A stretch of 64,000 bases of DNA from assembly GCF_000143415.4 (NCBI RefSeq), contig NW_003314265.1, positions 882,405 to 946,404 on the forward strand, given 5' to 3'. A program made the position numbers and the translations under genes. Shown piece by piece: positions 11,601 to 22,227 of this stretch; positions within the stretch are counted from its first letter, which is position 1, and every line of letters starts with the position of its first letter. Below the pieces are notes generated by a model. That model saw only the letters and a list, made by a program, of their open reading frames with translations. It did not search any database and was not told where the DNA came from. The stretch is from Selaginella moellendorffii (Eukaryota > Plantae > Lycopodiophyta).

Positions 11601-13966
11601 CAACACAAGCAACTTATCCCCCGTAAGGGTATATCCAACTTCCCTATGCTATTAAGAAGTCTTGGGTAGCTACCTTCTACCCGTTTAACCAGTTATTTTG
11701 CACCTCTTGCTTAGTTGCCTCATAGTTGTCAAGTCCTACAACTCATTACTTGGTGCTTTCACACCTCCATCATTATTTAGGTCACCACACTCCAACTGCA
11801 TGCTCTACAGCTTAGGCTATGCTATTCCCATTTCCATTGGGATTCCTTTGGCAAGGGGTTCTCATGAACCCACCAACATAGCCTCAAGGTATCACACCTT
11901 GGCACGTTTGGTGTCTCCACACCATCGGCTCCACGAGCCTACCTCTATGACATTTCCCCTTCGTGTCTAAGTCTTTGCCAAGACCAACACCGCTCTTTCT
12001 CATGCCAACCATCCGTTAGCACTGCACTATAGAGGTCACACACAACTTTATGTCAAAGTTTTTTCTTCTGGGAACACCTTTCCCATAACTTTAGCATGGC
12101 ACATTTTGCCATCGATGAGATACCCTCTGTTCTCATCCTTGGATCCTATGATCCCCCCCATCCTTTGTGGGGTACAACACACCTCAGTCCAAATGCTTCC
12201 ATCAGTCCTTTTAGGACCATCCGTTGACTCTACTTGAGTCATCCAGCAGTTTTGGACTTGGTTAATCCACAGACCCGTAAGGTCCTACTTGTGAGGCACT
12301 AGCTCACTGGAATACACTTATTGCATTCCTGTCCTACTCAAAAGGACTATTTTCACAAGTGTTACTCCGACACTTGATTTTGTTCTCTGGGGGCAACCTT
12401 TGCCCCTTAGGACTACTTGTCCATGTGATGAGAACACCAACTCATCCACTTAATACACCCCCAACTCCTTGGGTTGTTCCAGCATTTATTAGAGGTAGCC
12501 CTGGCTACCTTTTCAAGGACTTGAGTCCTCTTCCGTATTTGACCTCCCACGGTCATTACTTCTGGTCTCACATTCATGAGCACCAACCTCAACTATATGA
12601 GGAAAATCTTGTGACTCCTTTATTGCTTTGGAGTCTTTATCTTTCCCGTGATCCCAACTGTAGTTGTTTACCACAACTACATTAGCCAGTTTGCTAAGTC
12701 AAACGCTCATCTGGATCACATCCTCAACTCTTTGAGGAAAACCATATACTGTTCCCAAGATCCCAAAGTTGTTCCATTATTGGCCCTTTTCTATCCACCA
12801 CCTTGTCTACAAGTTCACACATGAACTGTAATGGAGAGCCATATCTTCCCGACTTGCTACTCCTCAAGGATAGGCCCACTTCTCGGACCTTCCGTTGCCA
12901 ACACCAGTGGTGATATACTTGAGCACTAATAAAAGTCGGACTAAGGAATAGTTCCGATACCAAATTGTAAGCGACTAAATTTTCCATTCTACTTTAGTCA
13001 CTTAACCACACCTCTGACCACTTGGAGGAGTCTCATTCACAACCTCCATAAGTCCAATCCAGGACTTGGGACTTGCTAGCCCCGAGAATGGCATCTATGC
13101 CACTCAACATTTGCACTTGGTCCAAGTGCTCCACGTGTCCAATCCCATGACCGACACTCAAAGGTACCACCGACATAGCAGCCCGTTACGCTAAGGCCAT
13201 GCCCAATCACCTTTGCCACACTGGTAGTTCAATACCACTTGCATCACCGTCTTGGTTCTCCAAGACTAGGCAAACCATCCGTGAGTGGTCATCTCAGATC
13301 CACTCCTTAGCATCCTTAGGATGCCCACCGACAAGGGGAATAGCCTTCCCCAATATCCCTCTGTCAGTCCCCACTAAGTCCCTTTCTGCCCCTGGCCGTG
13401 TTTGCCAACACTGCCACTGGATCGAGACCCACAGGCCCGACCACTAAGTCCCACGGTCCTCTGGGACTTCCTCACCACACGACTGTGTCCTTGGTCACTA
13501 CCCCAGAGGATTGCTCCTCTTCCTTTCCACAGTCTGGGCCTTTGGGACAACATTTCGGAACACCGTGGCCTTACGCGAGCCACCTGGGTACTCTCCTCGC
13601 CTTCTGCCCTTGGGTGCTCTAGCCATGGGCTTAGAGCGGGTTTCGTTGAGCCACACCAGGTATCCAAGTAGGTAGTGCCACCCACACTTGGACTGGGAGC
13701 ATCGGCCAGTCGATCTCCCGGGGGAACTAGAGCCGGCTCTTGAACACTTCACCCAGCTACCCCGCTTGTCGGTCTGTGTTCACTCTAGTCTTGGACTTCC
13801 CAGTGGGCAGCTCATCACCCAACACTGGGTCCGGCCTTCCTGGGCCAAACTAACCTTTCCTGGCCAAACTGGCTCCACTGCAGTCCTCCCCCTACTATAC
13901 TTTTGGAGCTCACCAAACCCCCCAGGGTCTGGGAGACGAACGCTTTGGGCTTTCACCCTCTCAGGC

Positions 13967-14073
13967 TCCGGACTCGGACTCGGACTCGGACTCGGACTCG
14001 GACTTGGATTCGGACTCAGACTCAGGCTCGGGCTCGGTCTCGGCCTCGGCCTCGGTCTCGATCTCGGTCCCGA

Positions 14074-14105
<32 letters not shown>

Positions 14106-14443
14106 CCAGTCTCGGTCTCGACTTCGGACTCCATCTCGGACTCCATCTCGGACTCCATCTCGGGTCCATCTCAGGTCCATCTCGGACTCCATCTCGGACT
14201 CCATCTCGGGTCCATCTCGGACTCCATTTCAGGTCCATCTCGGACTCCATTTCAGGTCCATCTCGGGTCCACCTCAGACTCCATCTCGGACTCCATCTCG
14301 GACTCCACTTCGGACTCCAACTCGGGTCCATCTCGGACTCCACTTCGGACTCCAACTCGGGTCCATCTCGGACTCCACTTCGGACTCCAACTCGGGTCCA
14401 TCTCGGACTCCACTTCGGACTCCAACTCGAGTCCATCTCGGAC
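13967..14443. repeat. Same minisatellite in the other family B LTR
   Basis: Same units in a different arrangement. Confidence 0.95.
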
Positions 14444-14678
14444 ACTCCCACGTGTCATGTGTTGGTCCTTTTGGGTCCCTTTTTGGAGCCTCGCCTTTTG
14501 CTCGCTTTGTGCTCGTTCCTCGAGCACTTCGTTGGGAGTTCCACTCCCGCTCTTGACTTTTCAAGTCGGAGCTTTTGGTCCAAACGTGTTACGCTCGTTT
14601 GGCTCTCGCTTCGGCCACTACCATGCGGCGCCCTTCCGGCTCCACTTTGGGGCCTAGGGATTTTGTGTCTCACACATC

Positions 14679-16043
14679 TCAATCCGAATGCTGAAAGTTC
14701 ACATACTTCGCAATCATCCATTTGAATGTCCGAACGAGCCGTTCCACCAGACCGTCTGATTGTGGATGATAAGCACTCGTAAAAGTGTGGCGTATCCCCA
14801 ACCGAGACGTCAAAACATGAAATACCTCAGCCATAAATGCAGGACCATTATCCGAAAGAATCTCCTCTAGACAAGAATGTTGGAACACCACTCGATTGAG
14901 GAGAAAGTATCCAACAGCAGTTGCAGAAGCGCTAGCAAGAGCACCAACTTCCACCCAATGAGTCAAATAGTCAGAAGCAATAATAACATACTCATTGCCA
15001 GCAGTCGATCGTGGAAAAGGTCCCATAAGATCAAACGCCACCAACTCAAACGGACGGGAAATTACAATTGACTCCAACCGTCCTTCCGCAGCACAAGGGG
15101 GAGTATTACGAGCTTGGCACCAAACGCAACTACGCACATACCGGATAACATCACGTCGCATCTCTGGCCAATAGAAAGGCCTGCATAGCTTCTCGGTCAC
15201 ACGACGATGTCCCATATGCCCACCTAGAACAGGAGAATCATGGTAGGCATGGAGAAACCGCGGAATAAAGATAGAAGGCACCACAAGTCGTAAATGATCA
15301 TCAGGATCCGTCCCCACAAAATAAAGAAGGCCATCCACAAGGCGATATTGAGAATGTAAATGCCGGAAAGGCAAGTCATCAACAAGGGATGCAGGATCCT
15401 CAAACGCATCTTGAAGCCTTCGAATCCACGGCTCAATCTTTTGAGCCTCGCGAACCTCATCAAAATGGTTGTGGGGTTGCTCTACACCTTGTGGACACTG
15501 AACATCAAGTACAGCAACCGCCGATGGCACTGAATCCTCATCTAGAAAATCCACAGATGCTGGAACAACAGGCTCATCAGAAACATGAGAAGAAAGTGGA
15601 GAAGGAAGAGGAGCTCGAGAAAGAGCATCAGCATCAGCCATAGAACTCCCTGGGCGATGAACAACATCAAAATCATATATCTGAAGTTTTAAAGCCCACC
15701 GAGCAATATGACCAACCACGTTCTTCCGCTTCAATAATGAAATAACGGCAGTATGGTCACCTTCAAGTAACGTCCGAGAACCATGTAGATATGCATGAAG
15801 TTTCTCGAAACCCCAAACTGCCGCTAAACACTCCTTCTCTGTCGTGGGGTAGTTCACCTCTGTTGGTTGTAACGTATGGTTTATATATGCAATGGGATGA
15901 CGCTGACCAGGCACACTCGGGCTCTCTTGCATTAGCACACCTCCAAGACCAATATCAGAAGCATCAACGCACAAAATAAAAGGTCGAGTATAGTCAGGAT
16001 ATGCCAAAACCGAAGGAGTCATCAACAACTCTTTGAGATCCAC
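14679..16043 (-). pseudogene. pol: Pol RNase H + integrase core (HHCC zinc finger, DDE)
   Basis: LAYPDYTRPFILCVDASDIGLGGVL, EKECLA, ADALSR, H...GGHMG...CVWCQ, FDLMGP, ILSDNG, YHPQSDGLVER. Confidence 0.95.
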
Positions 16044-17024
16044 AAACGCCCGCTCACAATCTGAAGACTAGATGAAAGATGACATTGACGACTTAAGCAA
16101 CGTTCGCAATGGTGCAGTGCGATCAGAAAGATGATCCACAAAACGACCGAGATACTGCACCTTGCCCAGGAAGCGCTGCACATCATTCACACACTTCGGA
16201 GTAGGGAACTTTAGAACGGCTACAAGTTTGTCAAGATCAACTTGCAAACCCTCACGAGAAATACGGTACCCAAGATAAGTTGATCTCCTTGGGTGATCGA
16301 CGACGAACAGGAACCTTGATTGGACGAGCATCCCCGGTTGGAATTGGATGACGTGTGGCAATCTTAGCCCCAAAAGACAGGTCAAAGTCAAAGAGATCAG
16401 AATACTCCTTCATGAGCCGATCAACAGCTGCAACACAAAGAGCTTCAGAGGGATCGGAAAAGGGAAGAGCAGAACAAGATAGAAACATAGGAGGAAATAG
16501 TGGGGAAACAAAAGTAATAAAAGCAAAAGTAGAAGTAGAGGGAGGAAGAGGTACGGAAGTGAGAGGAATGGATGAAACATAAGGAAGTATGAGACAAGGG
16601 GGAGAAGCCTCAAAGTCACACTTGGCATGATTGCGCTGCAACCAATCCATACCAAGAATGAGGTCAAAAGCTTGACTCGGCACTACCCGCAATGACTGCA
16701 ACTCAAGCTCGAGATTGCCCACATGCACAACCAGGTCCGCCTCATCTCGTGCACATGCATATGTACGGCCGTTGCCATAAAGAATGAAAACTGGATCTGC
16801 CGCACGACGCAAGTGTAGACAACAACGTGTGGCAACAGGTCGAGCAATAGAAGATAAACTCAAACCTGTATCAACCAACACGGAGAGAAGAATAGGAGAC
16901 CGCTTGTTATAAAAACGAACTTGGAAAGTAAACACTGGATGAACCGGTGCCGAGTGAACCCCTTGATGATACTCTCAAAAGAAAGATGGAGGGGTCACTA
17001 ACTTATTCGCGCAAGGTCCCTCCG
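16044..17024 (-). pseudogene. pol: Pol protease + truncated reverse transcriptase (catalytic core deleted)
   Basis: LVDTGLS and FDLILGMDWL. The RT start PIKVPVRRRSPKEI joins directly (~16281) to the RT C-terminus YLGYRIS...VQRFLG, with no YxDD. In-frame TGA at ~16975. Confidence 0.9.
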
Positions 17025-17957
17025 TTACTCGCGCGACTCCTCGTTTCCCGGATGCACCTCGGTGTCCAAACCTTCCACCGCAGCAGCACCAACAGGACGT
17101 TGCTGACGCCAAGGTCTCCATCCAGGAAATGGAGGTCGCCAATCCGGAAAGCGTCGACAATGCCGATAAGTATGACCAACTTCATCACACGCCCAGCAAC
17201 GAACATCACGGCCACGACCACGTCCGCGCCCTTGTCCATGGACTCGAGTAGCAGCAGCATCAACCTCCATTGGAACAGGACCATCACTCATAGGAAGTGG
17301 AGCTGAAGGACGTGCAGCAAGAAGTGGAAGAGGCGACGTCTCATAATGTTGTGCCAAGCGAAGAGCATCGTCAAGGGTGGTAGGAGCAAGTGCATGCACA
17401 AGGCCAACAAGATCTGGACGAAGTGCTGGCCACAACATTCCTAGCTTGATCTGCTCTGACATATTAGGCTCCGCACAAAGCAAAAGACTTCAGAAACGAA
17501 CGCCAAATTGCATCACCAACTTAGATGGCCCTTGGCAAAGACGATGCAATTGTTGGAAGGCATCGTCACAATCATCGGCATGTCTGAAGGTGCGTTTGAA
17601 GACATCTGGAAGAACACTCCAATCCCCACGAGTGGCCGCACTCAATCCATTGTACCACTGCAACGCCGTCCCTTGGAGACACGTGGGAAACTCACAAAAA
17701 CGTCGAGCATCATCCCAAGAATGATATGTGGCAATCACCGTGAAGTGATCGAACCAATGGTACACATCATCCCTAGGATCCCCACGAAAGAACTCTGGCC
17801 GAACGCGAGGATTGGCACCAAGAGCAGGAGGAGTTGGACCATGTGCTGTGAATGCCACCATCAATTGAGTTTGGTTGTTCAATTGCAAACGCATAACATC
17901 AAGCAATTGAACCAACTGCTGCTCTAGAGTCAAAGGAGGAGATTGCGGATCGGCCAT
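17025..17957 (-). pseudogene. gag: Gag of copy 2 with premature stop
   Basis: ORFs 17490-17957 and 17025-17483 together match the copy 1 gag. An Arg codon (CGA) has become TGA at 17490. Confidence 0.93.
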
Positions 17958-18189
17958 GAAGATGAACGAAAAAGAAAAAGCAAAAAAAGAGAAATGACAA
18001 AAAGCGAGAAAGAAATGGTAGATCTAAACAATGCAAAAAGCTAGATCTAAACCAAAATCCTGAAAAGAAAGAACAAAAGAAAGGAAATGGAAAAAGCTAG
18101 ATTTAGACGATGCAAAAGCTAAATCTAAACTGAAATCCCAAATCCAAGCACTCCCAGGGACAATCAAAGGTGCCCCTCACCTCCACCAA

Positions 18190-18364
18190 TGTGAGTGCAT
18201 GGAATATGGAACGGGAATACAGAAATGTGCATATCAATTAGCCCAAAAACCCTAGCTTATATACAGGAGCGAGTGGTCTGGATTGAAACCAATCCGACGG
18301 CTACCAAAATTCCATTACGCTAATATTAGTATACGGCATCGTAGCCGTACACTTGGCCCTCACA
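18190..18364 (-). repeat. Family A copy 2 5' LTR
   Basis: Next to the PBS; TG...CA ends. Confidence 0.95.
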
Positions 18365-18904
18365 CAGCCAATATAAATACTTGCCCATCTTCTTAGTTAC
18401 ACAACAATATCTCATATGGCCATATAGAATAAAAGAGTCATGGTAAGCATAAAATAAAAATCAAAAGCACCACTAGCCTCAAATGATTATTAGGACCAAT
18501 CCCCCTAAAGTAAAAAATTGTCTTTAACATGATAAATCATCAACAAATAATATAGAAATTTTAAACTATTATGAATCATTTAGATCTACATCTTAACTTT
18601 TTAAGCCTTACAAACCTCACCAAAAGAAGGTAAATGTAGCTCCACACCTTATTGACACTATATATCATGTATAATAGTTGTCAACAATATATAATCCTCA
18701 TTTAAAAATCCACTTATGCTAGAATAACATATTCATTATCACCTTTTAGCGTTTGAAACTATGTAAGATCAAGTACCATCTTAGACAAAATAAAAAACAA
18801 TATTAACAACTTTAACAATGTTTGAAATAGTATAGTATGATTAGAAAGATGATTTATAGAACAATCAAGATATTGCACTTTATTGAAGAAGTGTTGCACA
18901 TTAT

Positions 18905-19640
18905 TTATACACCAAGGGGAGAAGCCTCAAAATCACATTTGGCATGATTATATTGCAATAAATCTATATAAAAGATGAAGTTAAGAGCTTAATTTAGCAC
19001 CATTCACAATGATTAGAGCTTAAACTCAATATCACCCACACACATAATTCTCATCCCACATACACAAATGTGTATAACTGTTGCTATAGAGAATGAAGAT
19101 TGGCTCTTCTGCATAGTGCAAATGTAAATGATCAACATACTAAGGAATAAAAGATAAACTCAAATTAATAATGAGTATCGAATGACTTTCTTATGGTATT
19201 TTAGAAAGAAGGATGAAGGGGTCACTAACTTATTCATATAATGTCTTTGACTTTCTATTTCTTGAAAGAATCTTAGTATTAAGACCTTCCACTGCAATAG
19301 CACTAACATGACGTTATTGATACCAAGACTTCTATCCAAACAACAAAAAGTGCTAATCTGGGAAACATCAACAACATTAATATGTATGGCTAACCTTCTC
19401 ACATGTTTAGCAACAAACATCATAGCTTTAACCATGTCCTCATTCTTTAGTAGCAATAGCCTTAACCTTTATTGAAACATGATAATTTCCTATAATAAAT
19501 GGAGCTCAAACACATGCAATTACAAGTGGGAAAAATGATGTTTTATAATGTTATACTAATGAAAAAGTGTCATCAAGGGCAAGTGCATGCACAAATCCCA
19601 TAAGATCTTAACAAAACACTAATTATAACATACTTAACTT
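18905..19640 (-). mobile_element. Old, AT-decayed family A gag-protease relic
   Basis: Patches match 16595-17450, e.g. GGGGAGAAGCCTCAAAATCAC, GGGGTCACTAACTTATTC, CAAGTGCATGCACAA. Peptide MNKLVTPSSFFLKYH resembles ANKLVTPPSFFREYH. Confidence 0.85.
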
Positions 19641-20899
19641 CATATATGTAATGTATGTGGTTTTTACCCTTTATCCTATGGTGATTTACTATAAAATAAC
19701 TATGAAGCAGAATTTAAACCCTTCATATGCCATATGACACATACCATATACCATGTATCCCAAGGAAAGTGAAGTGGAACCCGAGTTTCAAAGCTTTGGG
19801 CTACTGAATGAAAGAACGAAGCCAAACTCCTAAGTATAGAGTTAAGGAGCAAAGGAACCAAAGTATAGAGTGATTTCCAAGCATATAACCCAAGGAGTGA
19901 AGGGATAAGAGCACGGAATGACTTGGAAAATCCTAGAGCATTTAACTTCCCAATGCTAAGGCTAGCATGTAAAATGAAGCCAAATAAAGTCTAGAACTAT
20001 TTTAACATATTAACGGCCTAATTTGAGAATATAGGTACTCCACTAATTAGCATGGAATGGAACTTAGGCTTAAACCCAACCAAACACAGAACAGGGATAA
20101 GCATGTAAATAGAAACTAAACTATACCTCAAGTTGGTTAGTTATGCCCAATCTATCCACTATCTTTACTATATATTTAGAACCCCCTACAAACCCCCCCC
20201 CCCCAATGCTTTTGGCTTTCACCTTTAACCATCCTTAGTCTTTTACAATATTTTTCCCTATATCATCCCTATATTCTATATGGACTTTCTTCTGAAATGC
20301 TAAAGCCCTGCACACAGGAAGTGTGGCAACAAAAAAGATTAACTCAAGATCCTTTAGTTTTGATGGAAATATGTGCTCCAATCTTGTGTTAATGGACATT
20401 TCTTCCATGAGATCCCTTGTCCTAAATATAAAATATATTAAGAGAAAGTAAAAATAAAAATTATTTACACTGAATAATGACAATAAAATGCAAGGTAATC
20501 ATCCAACCAAACTTGATATTCTAGTTTATTTATTCCTTTGAAAACAAATGCCAATAAAACTAGACAACTCACCACGACCATGAAGATATGAGAAAGACTT
20601 TCCCAAGGCAACTGATAATATATCTAATGTGATGTACCCTGAAACAAGTATTTTCTCATGTAGTTACCTTATTATACATATAATATAATACGTAAAAAAC
20701 GAAAGAAAAAAAAAAGCCCAAACATCATCGATAAGAGACCTCCTATTTTTCTGTAGCTCTGACACAATGTTACCATTTTGTGCAAGGTGGTTTTCTTCAA
20801 AAATATTTTATAAAATATTGCTGAATATAAAGAAAGAATGTGAAAACTAGAAATCTGCTTACCAATGAACACCCTTATATGTCCATGCGTGGCAGCAAA

Positions 20900-22132
20900 T
20901 CAACCCTGAAAAGAGTTGTGCAGAGGAAGGCTGGCTAGAGAGCTCTTTATCACGAACACAAATCTGAAGTGCCCAACATCAACATCAAAACTAATCATAA
21001 ACGTCATGGAGCTTACCAGGTCTGTTCTTGAGCACTTCTTGGCCTCTATGACTTCTGCGCCTTTGTTGCTAACACAAACCTGAAGTAACATCAAAACTAA
21101 TCACAAAGGCCATGGATTCACATACCAGGTCTGTTCTTGAGCACTTCTCAGCCTCGGTGCTTGTGACTTGCGCACCTTTCGTCACTAGCAGGAAGTAGCA
21201 TCATACCCACGGTGCCCCCAAAGTCCTTCACCTCGCATATGGTAGCATGTTTGGTGACCTTGCCCTCAACACCAAGCGCGTCCCATAAATCATCGTCAAA
21301 GACCTCACCAGCTGCGACTCTCATCTCCGGGCGGAGCCTCCATGGCTCAAGTTTGCTTGTCATCTCTTGGAAGCGCTGTACAGCATCTCTGGAAAAAAGA
21401 GCCCAACCTTGCTATACCCCGGAGATCCACCACCACGCCATCTGCGTCTTGCAGCTCCTTCACAGGATCACGTCCCCTGGCAGCACAAGCCGTCACCAGC
21501 TTCCTGACTGACAACGTCATTGGCATGCCTTTGTAGTCCTTGTAATCCACAATCCACTCCAGCGCATCGTACTCCAACAGCGCCCTGGACGGAACCGCGA
21601 GAAGAAGGTGGCCGGTGGATATCCGGTTCCGCCACATGGGCCCTTGAACATCAGTCCTCACAGCGCCGGCATCAACATCGTGATGGAGTTTTAGGACCTT
21701 AAATTTCGCCGGACGACAACTCCATCGCAGGCCAAGCTCGAACATGGAGATGCAGCCCAGGGCTTCGATGCTCTTGATCTGGCATGGCTTGAGCGGCTCC
21801 AGCGATGGTGGCATCTCGGGGTCGTAGAGAAAAGCCGGGTGGCTCCAAGAGCTCGGAGCAAAACTCCATATGAGCAAGCCACAGTGATTGGTAGAACGCT
21901 TTCAGGGGGATGTAGTCATTCAATCGGCAAGTGAATTCCCTTTTATAGCAGTCATCGCAGAAGAGAAGCAAGGAAGTGGTGTTGGCGTCGTAGACGAGAT
22001 TGAGCGGAGGAGCTGTTGTGGCTTCGTTGGCGATTCTGCGAACAGATCGAGCGTTGGGTGCTGCTGCTGGGCAGAAAAGAATGTTAGCCGAGTGTCTACA
22101 CTGCTCGAATTTGACTTACCTCGGTACAGCAT
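20900..22132 (-). pseudogene. Orphan spliced gene with two apparent +1 frameshifts
   Basis: ATG 22132 with a telo-box just upstream; GT-AG intron ~22067-22119 joins MLYR to AAAPNARS...; ORF pieces 21699-21971, 21347-21877 and 21148-21363 link by single-base shifts in T runs. No recognised domain; 3' end uncertain. Confidence 0.55.
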
Positions 22133-22227
22133 TGACAAAACCCTAAATCTTGAATATTCTAAACGAATCAAATTGACCCCTTAGTTATACGAGGCTTAGC
22201 TAGGGTTTCTCTCAGTGCACGAGCGCC
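22133..22227. promoter_or_regulatory. 95-bp bidirectional promoter with two oppositely oriented telo-boxes
   Basis: AAACCCTAA 22138-22146 and TAGGGTTT 22201-22208 lie between divergent ATGs. Confidence 0.6.

Larger units (their letters stand above)
7162..14674 (-). mobile_element. Nested non-autonomous LTR element, family B (LARD-like)
   Basis: LTRs 7162-8865 (1704 bp) and 12966-14674 (1709 bp), TGTAAG...CTCACA on +. 5-bp TSD CATCT (7157-7161 and 14675-14679). tRNA-iMet-like PBS TGGTATCGGAAC 12951-12962. PPT-like GGGTGGTGGAGT 8866-8877. The 4.1-kb interior has no long ORF. Confidence 0.95.
6384..18364 (-). mobile_element. Ty3/gypsy family A copy 2: full-length outline, defective, with a nested insertion
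   Basis: LTRs 18190-18364 and 6384-6558 (3 C/T differences seen), PBS 18169-18188, PPT GAGAGGAGGGGATGA 6559-6573, order gag-PR-RT-RH-INT, flanked on both sides by CAGCCAA. Confidence 0.97.

Noticed and set aside
20140-20230. Patch resembling the family B LTR promoter region
   Set aside because: Too short and diverged to delimit an element.
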